Of a stretch of 39,231 bases of DNA, positions 25,676-33,339 are shown in pieces. The notes under the pieces were generated by a model. That model did no database searches. It was not told the origin of the DNA and saw only the letters and a program-made list of their open reading frames with translations. The stretch is taken from positions 1 to 39,231 of the forward strand of contig JAUWGZ010000002.1 in the NCBI GenBank assembly GCA_030606165.1. The letters are read 5' to 3'. This DNA is from Dehalococcoidia bacterium. Lineage in GTDB: Bacteria; Chloroflexota; Dehalococcoidia; GIF9; AB-539-J10. The position numbers were made by a program, and so were the translations under genes. Position 1 is the stretch's first letter, and each line of letters starts with the position of its first letter.

Positions 25676-28180
25676 ATGTCAGAGAAAGTATTTATTAACT
25701 GTACCGGCGGCGGACCGATTCGGGTACATGTGAAAAACGGCAAGATCACTCGTGTCCGGCCGTTAGTCTTTGATGAGAATGATGCTCCTTCCTGGACTAT
25801 AGAAGCTGGAGGGCAAAAATTCACCCCGCCTAGGAAGGCCTGTGTAGCCTCCTTTGCTCTTACCGAAAAGGAAAGAGTATATTCTAAGGACAGAATCTTA
25901 TATCCGTTAAAGCGTGTTGATTTCGATCAGAATGGCGAAAGACACCCGGAAAACAGAGGCAAATCGGGTTATGAGCGAATCAGTTGGGATGAAGCCATAA
26001 ATATCGTCTCCGGCGAGATGAAACGAATCAGAAGTGCTTACGGACCGGAGGCTATAGTATCCCGGGGTTCTTCTCATCACAACTGGGGTAATGTCGGTTA
26101 CCGGAGCAGTACCTGGGCACGGTTTTTCAACTTAATCGGTTTCACTGACATTTTAGATAATCCCGACAGCTGGGAAGGCTGGCATTGGGGAGCTCCCCAT
26201 GCTTACGGTTTTTTCTGGCGTCTGGGTAATCCCGAGCAATACGACCTGTTAGAAGACGCCCTGAAAAACACTGAAATGGTTATATATTGGAGCAACGACC
26301 CCGATTCCACCCACGGCATTTACGGCGGTAACGAATCAGCCCTATGGCGTATCTGGATGAGAGACCTGGGGATTAAACAGGTCTTTCTCGATCCCTACTG
26401 TAACTATACGGCGGCGATTCACAGTGAAAAATGGATTGCTTACCGGCCGGGTACGGAAACAGCTCTGGCGATGGCCATTGCCTATGTGTGGTTAACAGAA
26501 GATACCTATGACAAACAATATATCGAGACCCATTCTCTCGGATTCGATGAATTTAAAAGCTATATCCTGGGTAAAGAAGACGGCGTAGCCAAGACCCCGG
26601 AATGGGCTGCTGAAATTTGTGATGTACCCGCGCGTAATATCATTGCTTTAGCCAGAGAATGGGCATCCAAGAGGACAATGCTATCCAGCGGCACTAAAGG
26701 CGGCGAGGGCGGTGCCTGCCGGCAGGCTTACGCTACTGAATGGGCGAGAATGATGGTTTTCCTGGCAGCGATGCAGGGAATGGGTAAACCGGGGTCCAAT
26801 ATCTGGGGTACTACGCTGGGTCCTCCCTTTAACGCTACACTTGATTTTCCCGGTTATGCCCAGGGCGGCATCAACAGGTTAGCCAAAAAACCGGCGGTTA
26901 ATCCGGTGAAACAGCGTATTTACCGCTTACTGCTGCCCGAAGCTATTCTGAATCCCCCGATTAAATGGATGGGAGATGGTTTCTGCGGCAACTCGATTGA
27001 ACAACAGTTTAACAAATATGTATATCCCCTGCCCGGCTGTTCCGAAGTCAAAATGTTTTACCGCTACGGCGGCGCTTTCATTGCCACAATGACCGAGACT
27101 AACCGATGGGTCAGGATGTACCAGAGCCCTAAGTTAGAATTTGTGGTTAATCAGGACTGCTGGTGGTGCACCGAGACTAAATTTGCTGACATCATCCTAC
27201 CCGCCTGTACAAACCTGGAACGTAACGACATCAGCGAATGGGCCAGCGCTGGTGGGTATTCCGTACACGGAGCCGGTGCTTGTAATCACCGAGTTATCGT
27301 TTACCAGCAGAAATGTGTCGAGCCGGTCGGCGAATCAAAATCAGATTATCAGATTTTCTGCGAATTGGCGGAAAGGCTTGGAGTAAAAGAGGAGTTTACG
27401 GAGGGTAACACCGAGGAAGACTGGATCAAGATAATGTTCGATTCATCCGACCTTCCAAAGTATATCTCATTCGAAGAATTTAAGAAAAAAGGCTATTATA
27501 TCGTACCCCAGCTGGAAAATTATAAACCGACGCCCTCCCTGCGCTGGTTCTATGAAGGCCGGGAATGCGATACGCCGGACCTCGGTAATGCCAAGAGGAA
27601 TACCGAAAAAGGGAAAGAGCTGGGCACTTACTCCGGCAAACTCGAGTTTGTCTCGCAAAGCTTGTTGAAGCACACCCCGGATGATGACGAAAGACCGCCG
27701 CTGGTTCATTACATTCCGAGCTGGGAAGGGCATCAATCCGACCTGGCGAAGAAATATCCGCTGCAGCTTATTTCGCCTCATCCACGCTATTCCTTCCACA
27801 CCCAACATGATTCTCACGTGCCGTGGCTGTCTGATATACCAGGCCACCGGATCTGGAAAGACGGGTATGATTATCAGGTAGTACGTATACATCCGACTGA
27901 TGCGGCCACCAGAGGTATTCAAAATAACGATATCGTGAAGCTATATAACGATAGAGGTGCCGTGTTGTTAATCGCCCGGATTACAGAAAGAATCAGGCCA
28001 GGCGTAGTGCATTCGTGCGAAGGCTCCGCTAAATACGACCCGCTCGAACCGGGTAAAGCCGGCAGTATCGACCGGGGGGGTTGCATCAATGTGCTCACAC
28101 CTTCCCGGATGCTCTCAAAGAACGTACCGGGAATGGCACCTAACTCATGTCTAGTCGAAGTATCCAAGTGGGAAGTTTAA
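25676..28180 (+). CDS. Pyrogallol-phloroglucinol transhydroxylase-like molybdopterin (bis-MGD) oxidoreductase, large subunit, copy 1
   Basis: 834 aa with no N-terminal Fe-S Cys motif. SSHHNWGNVGYR, DNPDSWEGWHWG, RLGNPEQYDLLED, ADIILPACTN and DRGGCINVLTP match my recollection of the Pelobacter acidigallici large subunit nearly residue for residue. Confidence 0.88.
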   Translation: MSEKVFINCTGGGPIRVHVKNGKITRVRPLVFDENDAPSWTIEAGGQKFTPPRKACVASFALTEKERVYSKDRILYPLKRVDFDQNGERHPENRGKSGYERISWDEAINIVSGEMKRIRSAYGPEAIVSRGSSHHNWGNVGYRSSTWARFFNLIGFTDILDNPDSWEGWHWGAPHAYGFFWRLGNPEQYDLLEDALKNTEMVIYWSNDPDSTHGIYGGNESALWRIWMRDLGIKQVFLDPYCNYTAAIHSEKWIAYRPGTETALAMAIAYVWLTEDTYDKQYIETHSLGFDEFKSYILGKEDGVAKTPEWAAEICDVPARNIIALAREWASKRTMLSSGTKGGEGGACRQAYATEWARMMVFLAAMQGMGKPGSNIWGTTLGPPFNATLDFPGYAQGGINRLAKKPAVNPVKQRIYRLLLPEAILNPPIKWMGDGFCGNSIEQQFNKYVYPLPGCSEVKMFYRYGGAFIATMTETNRWVRMYQSPKLEFVVNQDCWWCTETKFADIILPACTNLERNDISEWASAGGYSVHGAGACNHRVIVYQQKCVEPVGESKSDYQIFCELAERLGVKEEFTEGNTEEDWIKIMFDSSDLPKYISFEEFKKKGYYIVPQLENYKPTPSLRWFYEGRECDTPDLGNAKRNTEKGKELGTYSGKLEFVSQSLLKHTPDDDERPPLVHYIPSWEGHQSDLAKKYPLQLISPHPRYSFHTQHDSHVPWLSDIPGHRIWKDGYDYQVVRIHPTDAATRGIQNNDIVKLYNDRGAVLLIARITERIRPGVVHSCEGSAKYDPLEPGKAGSIDRGGCINVLTPSRMLSKNVPGMAPNSCLVEVSKWEV

Positions 28181-28184
28181 GCAA

Positions 28185-29021
28185 ATGACAAGATACGGAA
28201 TGGTTATCGACATTACCCGGTGTAACGGGTGTTATAACTGCTTCATCGCCTGCCGTGACGAGTATTGCGGCAATGACTATCCTCCGTATTCGGCGGCGCA
28301 ACCCGATAAAGGCTCTTTCTGGATAAAAATTATCGAGAAAGAGCGGGGGAAATACCCCCATCCGGTAGGAGTAGCTTACACTCCAATACTCTGCCAGCAT
28401 TGTGATGAAGCTAATTGTGTTAAAGCCGCTAAAAACGGGGAGATTTACCGCCGCGAAGACGGCATAGTCATTATCGACCCTGAGAAATCAAAAGGGAAGA
28501 AAGAATTAATGTCCGCCTGCCCTTACCGGGTCATCTACTGGAACGACGAAAAAAATATACCCCAAAAATGCACCTTCTGTGCCCATTTGCTTGATGCCGG
28601 CTGGAAAGAACCCCGGTGTGTCGAAGCCTGCCCCACGGCCGCTTTAAAGTTCGGCGACTTGGACGATCCGAACAGTGAAGTCGCCAAACTCGTTGCTGCG
28701 GGCAAGGTCGAAATACTGCATCCCGAATACAATATGAAAGAAAAGGTAAGCTATATCGGTTTACCGAAGCGGTTTATCGCCGGCACGGTAGTCTTCGGCG
28801 ATACGGATGAATGTGCGGATAAGGTCACCGTAACCATCAGTGACGGACAGGAAAAGGAAACGTTAAAGACCAATAATTATGGTGATTTTGAGTTAGACGG
28901 GCTGCCATCCAATAAAGAATATACCGTTAGAATCAGCTATACCGGTTACAAACCGCAAACATTTAAAGTCTTCACCAGAGACGATGTATGTATGGGCGAT
29001 ATATTTTTGACCCGTAAATAG
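28185..29021 (+). CDS. Transhydroxylase-like small subunit, copy 1 (3x[4Fe-4S] ferredoxin domain plus C-terminal beta-sandwich)
   Basis: 278 aa. The Cys motifs are CNGCYNCFIAC, CQHCDEANC, CPYRVI and CTFCAHLLDAGWKEPRCVEACP. The C-terminal region is carboxypeptidase-regulatory-like (TVTISDGQ...YTVRISYTGYKPQTF). Confidence 0.88.
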   Translation: MTRYGMVIDITRCNGCYNCFIACRDEYCGNDYPPYSAAQPDKGSFWIKIIEKERGKYPHPVGVAYTPILCQHCDEANCVKAAKNGEIYRREDGIVIIDPEKSKGKKELMSACPYRVIYWNDEKNIPQKCTFCAHLLDAGWKEPRCVEACPTAALKFGDLDDPNSEVAKLVAAGKVEILHPEYNMKEKVSYIGLPKRFIAGTVVFGDTDECADKVTVTISDGQEKETLKTNNYGDFELDGLPSNKEYTVRISYTGYKPQTFKVFTRDDVCMGDIFLTRK

Positions 29022-29107
29022 CTATGGTCATTATAAATAAGCACACCAGTAATTCTGTTTACTCACGGAAGCGATATTTCATTGCTTTCAAATAAAAGGA
29101 ATTAGTA

Positions 29108-31702
29108 TTGGCAAAAAAAGTGAGGCAGGAAAAGGACGGCGGCAAAACTATCATCAAAGGACTGGGGTTTTGTTCTATCGCCGCCGACAGTAACACCGTT
29201 CAAATAGAGATTAAGGACGGTAAGATTGTCCGCATCCGGCCTCTTCATTACGACTGGAAATATAAGAATCTCAAACCCTGGAAAATAGAAGCCCGGGGTA
29301 AAACTTTCCAACCCCAGATGAAATCGCTCATCCCCCCTTACAGCCTCGGTTATAAAAATCGGGTTTTTTCACCCAACCGGGTGCCCTATCCAATGAAAAG
29401 GGTGGATTGGGATCCACAGGGGGAAAGGAATCCGCAAAACCGGGGTACCAGTAAATATGTCCGGATTAGCTGGGAAGAAGCCTTAGATATCATTGTCAGC
29501 GAAATCAAACGGATCAGGCAGCAGTATGGCATGGAAGCCATTCTCTCCCAGTCGGACGGACATGGTGAAACGATGGCGATAAATGCGGCCCACGGCTGCC
29601 ACCGCAAGCTCCTGCGGTTATTAGGCGGTTATACGCTGCAAACCCGGAATACGGACAGCTGGGAAGGCTGGTACTGGGGTGCCAAACATGTCTGGGGTTG
29701 CGAGAATCTTGGTCAGATGACTCCAGTCACTAACGTTATCTCTGATGTATCTAAAAACACGGATGCCATCTTTTTCTGGGGCTGCGACCCGGAGACGACT
29801 CCCTGGGGCTTCGACGGCCAGTTAGCCAGTCGGTTATGTTACTGGTTTACGGAAATCGGGATTAAGTCTATCTACGTCAGCCCGGATTTGAATTACGGGG
29901 CGGCTGTCCATAGCGATAAATGGATTCCGATACTGCCCAATACGGATGCCGCATTATACCTCGCCATCGCTTACGTCTGGATGACGGAAGGTAGCTACGA
30001 TAAAGAATATGTAAAAACACATACCAAGGGTTTCGAAAAATTCCAGGACTACGTTCTCGGTAAAGAAGATGGCGTTCCCAAAACACCTAAATGGGCGTCC
30101 CCTATAACCGGCATACCGTCTTACACTATCAAAGCACTAGCCATATACTGGAGCAAGCATAGGGTCAGTTTTGCGATAGGTAATGGAGGGCCCGGTATCC
30201 GGGGACCTTACGCTACGGAACCGGCCAGGCTCCAAATTTTGCTGCTAGCGATGCAAGGCGTTGGCAAACCCGGCGTCCACCAGTTTAAGATGATCGAATG
30301 GGGTCTCTATAATAAGAAAACGAATATTCCTCTCCCCCATCCGAAATACGTACCGGATTTATCAGATGTCCAGCGAGGCTGGCGTTATACGGATACACCC
30401 CGTCAGTTCATCCCTAAAAATAAGATTCATGACGCCATTCTGCGGCCCCCGTTAAAATGGTATGGCACTACTCTTTCCCGCGACTCTACCGACCAGCAAT
30501 TTATTCCTTATCAATATCCTTTACCTGATAGCACAGAGATACACATGATATGGACGGACAGTCCTTCTTGGATGAGTTGCTGGACCGATACCAACGATTT
30601 CGTCCGGGCGCTAAGAAGTCCGAAGATAGAATTTGTCTTAGCCCAGCACCCATGGTTTGAAAATGATTGTCTGTTGGCAGACATAGTATTGCCATCGATT
30701 ACCAAGATGGAGTGCGATGATATTGGTGTCGAAACTATGAGCGGACAGTTTTATATGGCATATCCCGAGCCTAAGGCCATCGAACCGCGGGGAGAAGCAA
30801 AGAGCAATTACCAGATTGTGTGTGATATCGCCGCCAGATTTAATCTGCTCGAAGAATATACCGATGGTAAAAGCCCTGAGGAATGGATTAGAGCCGGTTA
30901 TGAGGCCTCTGGTGTCGCGAAATATATTAGCTGGGAAGAGTTCAATAAGAAAGGCTATTATATCGTTCCCAACGATGAACATTGGCAGGAACAGAAAGCC
31001 GGTTTGGCCGCTTTTTACGAGGATCCGGGGAATAATCCTTTAGAAACTCCCAGCGGTAAAATCGAGTTCTATTCTGAGAGACTGGCCGTTAATTTCCCCG
31101 CTGATAACGAGCGGCCTCCGGTCCCGCACTGGATACCTTCCGGGGCTACTCATCAGGAGAGTCTGCATTCCGATAGAGCAAAGGAATATCCTTTACTGGT
31201 GGAATCCAATCATCCCCGCTGGCGGGTTCATTCCCAGCATGACGATATGACCTGGACGCGGGAAATCCATACCTGTAAAGTCAGAGGCCAGGATGGCTAT
31301 TTATATGAGCCGGTCTGGCTTAATCCGATAGTTGCCGGAGCACGGCATATTAAAGATGGCGATGTGGTTAAAATATACAATGAACGCGGGGCCCTGCTGG
31401 CCGGTGCCTGGGTTACCGAAAGAATCCGGCCGGGTGTCGTTTATATCGACCACGGCAGCCGGTGGGACCCCATCATACCCGGCGAACTGGATAGAGGCGG
31501 GGCAATTAATACCATCACGCCCCATAATACTACCTCTAAAAACGCCAGCGGCATGGTTTGCAGCGGCTTTTTAGTGGAGGTGGCCGGCGTCGATCTGGAA
31601 GCGTTGAAAAAAAAGTATCCGGAAGCTTTTAACCGTCCCTATGACAACATTGCCGGGCTTGTAGTAGAACGCGTTTTACACGGAGAAAAAAGCCGTGGGT
31701 AA
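29108..31702 (+). CDS. Transhydroxylase-like molybdopterin oxidoreductase large subunit, divergent copy 2
   Basis: 864 aa, collinear with copy 1 (NTDSWEGWYWG, ADIVLPSITK, DRGGAINTITP) but with diverged active-site-proximal segments. TTG start with AAGGA 8 nt upstream; GTG 29120 is an alternative. Confidence 0.85.
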   Translation: MAKKVRQEKDGGKTIIKGLGFCSIAADSNTVQIEIKDGKIVRIRPLHYDWKYKNLKPWKIEARGKTFQPQMKSLIPPYSLGYKNRVFSPNRVPYPMKRVDWDPQGERNPQNRGTSKYVRISWEEALDIIVSEIKRIRQQYGMEAILSQSDGHGETMAINAAHGCHRKLLRLLGGYTLQTRNTDSWEGWYWGAKHVWGCENLGQMTPVTNVISDVSKNTDAIFFWGCDPETTPWGFDGQLASRLCYWFTEIGIKSIYVSPDLNYGAAVHSDKWIPILPNTDAALYLAIAYVWMTEGSYDKEYVKTHTKGFEKFQDYVLGKEDGVPKTPKWASPITGIPSYTIKALAIYWSKHRVSFAIGNGGPGIRGPYATEPARLQILLLAMQGVGKPGVHQFKMIEWGLYNKKTNIPLPHPKYVPDLSDVQRGWRYTDTPRQFIPKNKIHDAILRPPLKWYGTTLSRDSTDQQFIPYQYPLPDSTEIHMIWTDSPSWMSCWTDTNDFVRALRSPKIEFVLAQHPWFENDCLLADIVLPSITKMECDDIGVETMSGQFYMAYPEPKAIEPRGEAKSNYQIVCDIAARFNLLEEYTDGKSPEEWIRAGYEASGVAKYISWEEFNKKGYYIVPNDEHWQEQKAGLAAFYEDPGNNPLETPSGKIEFYSERLAVNFPADNERPPVPHWIPSGATHQESLHSDRAKEYPLLVESNHPRWRVHSQHDDMTWTREIHTCKVRGQDGYLYEPVWLNPIVAGARHIKDGDVVKIYNERGALLAGAWVTERIRPGVVYIDHGSRWDPIIPGELDRGGAINTITPHNTTSKNASGMVCSGFLVEVAGVDLEALKKKYPEAFNRPYDNIAGLVVERVLHGEKSRG

Positions 31703-32525
31703 AGTACTGATTATCGATATTACGAAGTGCAACGGCTGTCACAACTGCCAGATTGCCTGTAAAGATGAACATTGCGGTAATGACTGGAGTCCCATTGCGA
31801 AGCCCCAGCCACTCAGCGGCCAGTTCTGGATCGGGGTCGTCGATGTAGTACGAGGTACCGTACCCAAGGTTAAAGTAGCTTATAACCATATTATCTGCCA
31901 GCATTGTGATGATGCCCCCTGCATTAAAGCCTGTCCCAATAAAGCTATTTATAAGAGACCGGACGGCATTGTCATTATCGACCCCTTAAAATGCAAAGGC
32001 GCCGGGGACTGTATAAAAGAGTGCCCTTACGAGGGTGTTATCTTCTTTAATAAAGAACTTAATATTTCCCAGAAATGTACTTTTTGCGCTCATCTGATTG
32101 ACAAGGGCTGGCAAGAACCCCGGTGTGTCGATGCCTGTCCTACCGGAGCTCTTACGTTCGGCGAGGGAGCAGAATTGCGGGACTTAATCAGTAAGGCTGA
32201 AGTACTCAAACCCGAGATAGGTGTTAAACCCAGGGTTTACTATATTGGCATTCCTAAAAGGTTCATCGGCGGCACTATTTATAACCCCGAACTCGATGAG
32301 GTGGTAATTGGAGCTGAGGTAAATCTTCAAAATGAAGATGACGGAATAAGTATTTCTTGTAAGGCCGATGATTTCGGGGACTTCTGGGTAGATGGTTTAT
32401 CACCCGGGAAATATCTGGTGACTATTAAGAATAGCGGCTATATTCATAAAGAACTGAAAGCGGATATTACCGAAAAAGATATCAATCTAGGCGATATCGC
32501 TTTAGTAAGAAATAAATCTGTTTAG
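31695..32525 (+). CDS. Transhydroxylase-like small subunit, copy 2
   Basis: 276 aa with the same Cys motifs (CNGCHNCQIAC, CQHCDDAPC, CPYEGV, CTFCAHLIDKGWQEPRCVDACP) and the same C-terminal beta-sandwich. The GTG start overlaps the alpha2 stop by 8 nt. Confidence 0.85.
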   Translation: MGKVLIIDITKCNGCHNCQIACKDEHCGNDWSPIAKPQPLSGQFWIGVVDVVRGTVPKVKVAYNHIICQHCDDAPCIKACPNKAIYKRPDGIVIIDPLKCKGAGDCIKECPYEGVIFFNKELNISQKCTFCAHLIDKGWQEPRCVDACPTGALTFGEGAELRDLISKAEVLKPEIGVKPRVYYIGIPKRFIGGTIYNPELDEVVIGAEVNLQNEDDGISISCKADDFGDFWVDGLSPGKYLVTIKNSGYIHKELKADITEKDINLGDIALVRNKSV

Positions 32526-32539
32526 TTACGGGGAATCAT

Positions 32540-32842
32540 TTGAGAGCAATTGTAAATTTAATGTCAAAACGGGCAATAACGCTTAGCGGTTGGCGGGCCA
32601 AAGCTATTCAAATAAACGGTAAAAACGAGGCATCGTTAAGCGAAATATTGCAAGCCGCTACGCTTAAAGACGGCCGCAGTATGCTTGACTTGATTACGGA
32701 AAAAGACCGCCTGAGGGATGACTGGTCTCTTTATGTGGATGGCTTTTCACTACCGGGTTCCTCCAGCATCAAGAAAACCGTAAAAGATAACGTGCAGATT
32801 CATGTTCTAGATCGTCCATCCATCAAAGTTAAGGATTTCTAA
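32540..32842 (+). CDS. Small hypothetical protein (93-100 aa), possibly beta-grasp (ThiS/MoaD-like) but without a C-terminal GG
   Basis: It begins 14 nt after beta2. The pattern ...LYVDGFSL...VKDNVQIHVLDRP is reminiscent of MoaD/ThiS-like folds. The start is ambiguous (TTG 32540 or ATG 32561). Confidence 0.4.
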   Translation: MRAIVNLMSKRAITLSGWRAKAIQINGKNEASLSEILQAATLKDGRSMLDLITEKDRLRDDWSLYVDGFSLPGSSSIKKTVKDNVQIHVLDRPSIKVKDF

Positions 32843-33052
32843 ACAACGTCTAACACCATACCGGTAGCATGATTACCATGCTGGAGCAGTCGTTTTTGTG
32901 TAGCAGCCTGGACTTAATCTGACATTTCGAATACATTGACACAGAACCAGAAAAGAAATGTCGGACCTATATCAACCTGATTGTTTAAAAATTGAATAGT
33001 TTTCAGGTTGATTCCAGCTTTGGGAAAAGGCCGGCATCCTGAAAAATATCAA

Positions 33053-33102
33053 CATGACTTTTGATCAGGGTGTCACAGGTTCGAATCCCGCACGGCTCAC
33101 CA
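33053..33102 (+). pseudogene. 3' fragment of a tRNA-Lys(UUU)-like gene (anticodon arm to CCA); no 5' half
   Basis: The elements are CATGA-CTTTTGA-TCAGG (anticodon arm), GTGTC, ACAGG-TTCGAAT-CCCGC (T-arm, 3 of 5 pairs), ACGGCTC, A and CCA. No complementary GAGCCGT acceptor strand or D-arm lies upstream. Confidence 0.5.
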
Positions 33103-33339
33103 TGCTTAACGAAAGATAGAACTCCTACACGATGGCCTATTCAGGTCTGAAATCCGTAAGTGCAATATTGAATTAGACATGATTGTTCCGCCTATATATA
33201 ATATGTTCAGGTTTGATATGGCAAGTAGATTCTTGGTCATGCGATCCCAGCAGCAAACGATAGAAGTAACTGACGGGAGAAACCGTATTTATTGTAGATG
33301 CCCGCAAAGGATAATAAAGTACTCTTAAAGGAGACGATC

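Noticed and set aside
29555-29572. The initial thought that alpha2 replaces the Mo-ligating Ser by Asp (SDGHGE versus SSHH).
   Set aside because: After re-aligning against the remembered P. acidigallici sequence, the Mo ligand lies in the DSWEGW motif, which is conserved in both copies. SSHH/SDGH corresponds to the His144 region, and the His is also conserved.
16186-33102. The idea that tRNA-Ser (16186-16277) and the tRNA fragment (33053-33102) are the two att ends of a ~17-kb island carrying the catabolic operon.
   Set aside because: The two 3' ends share only the universal GGTTCGAATCCC T-loop core. The acceptor and anticodon parts differ (Ser-GCU versus Lys-UUU-like), so they are not a direct-repeat pair.
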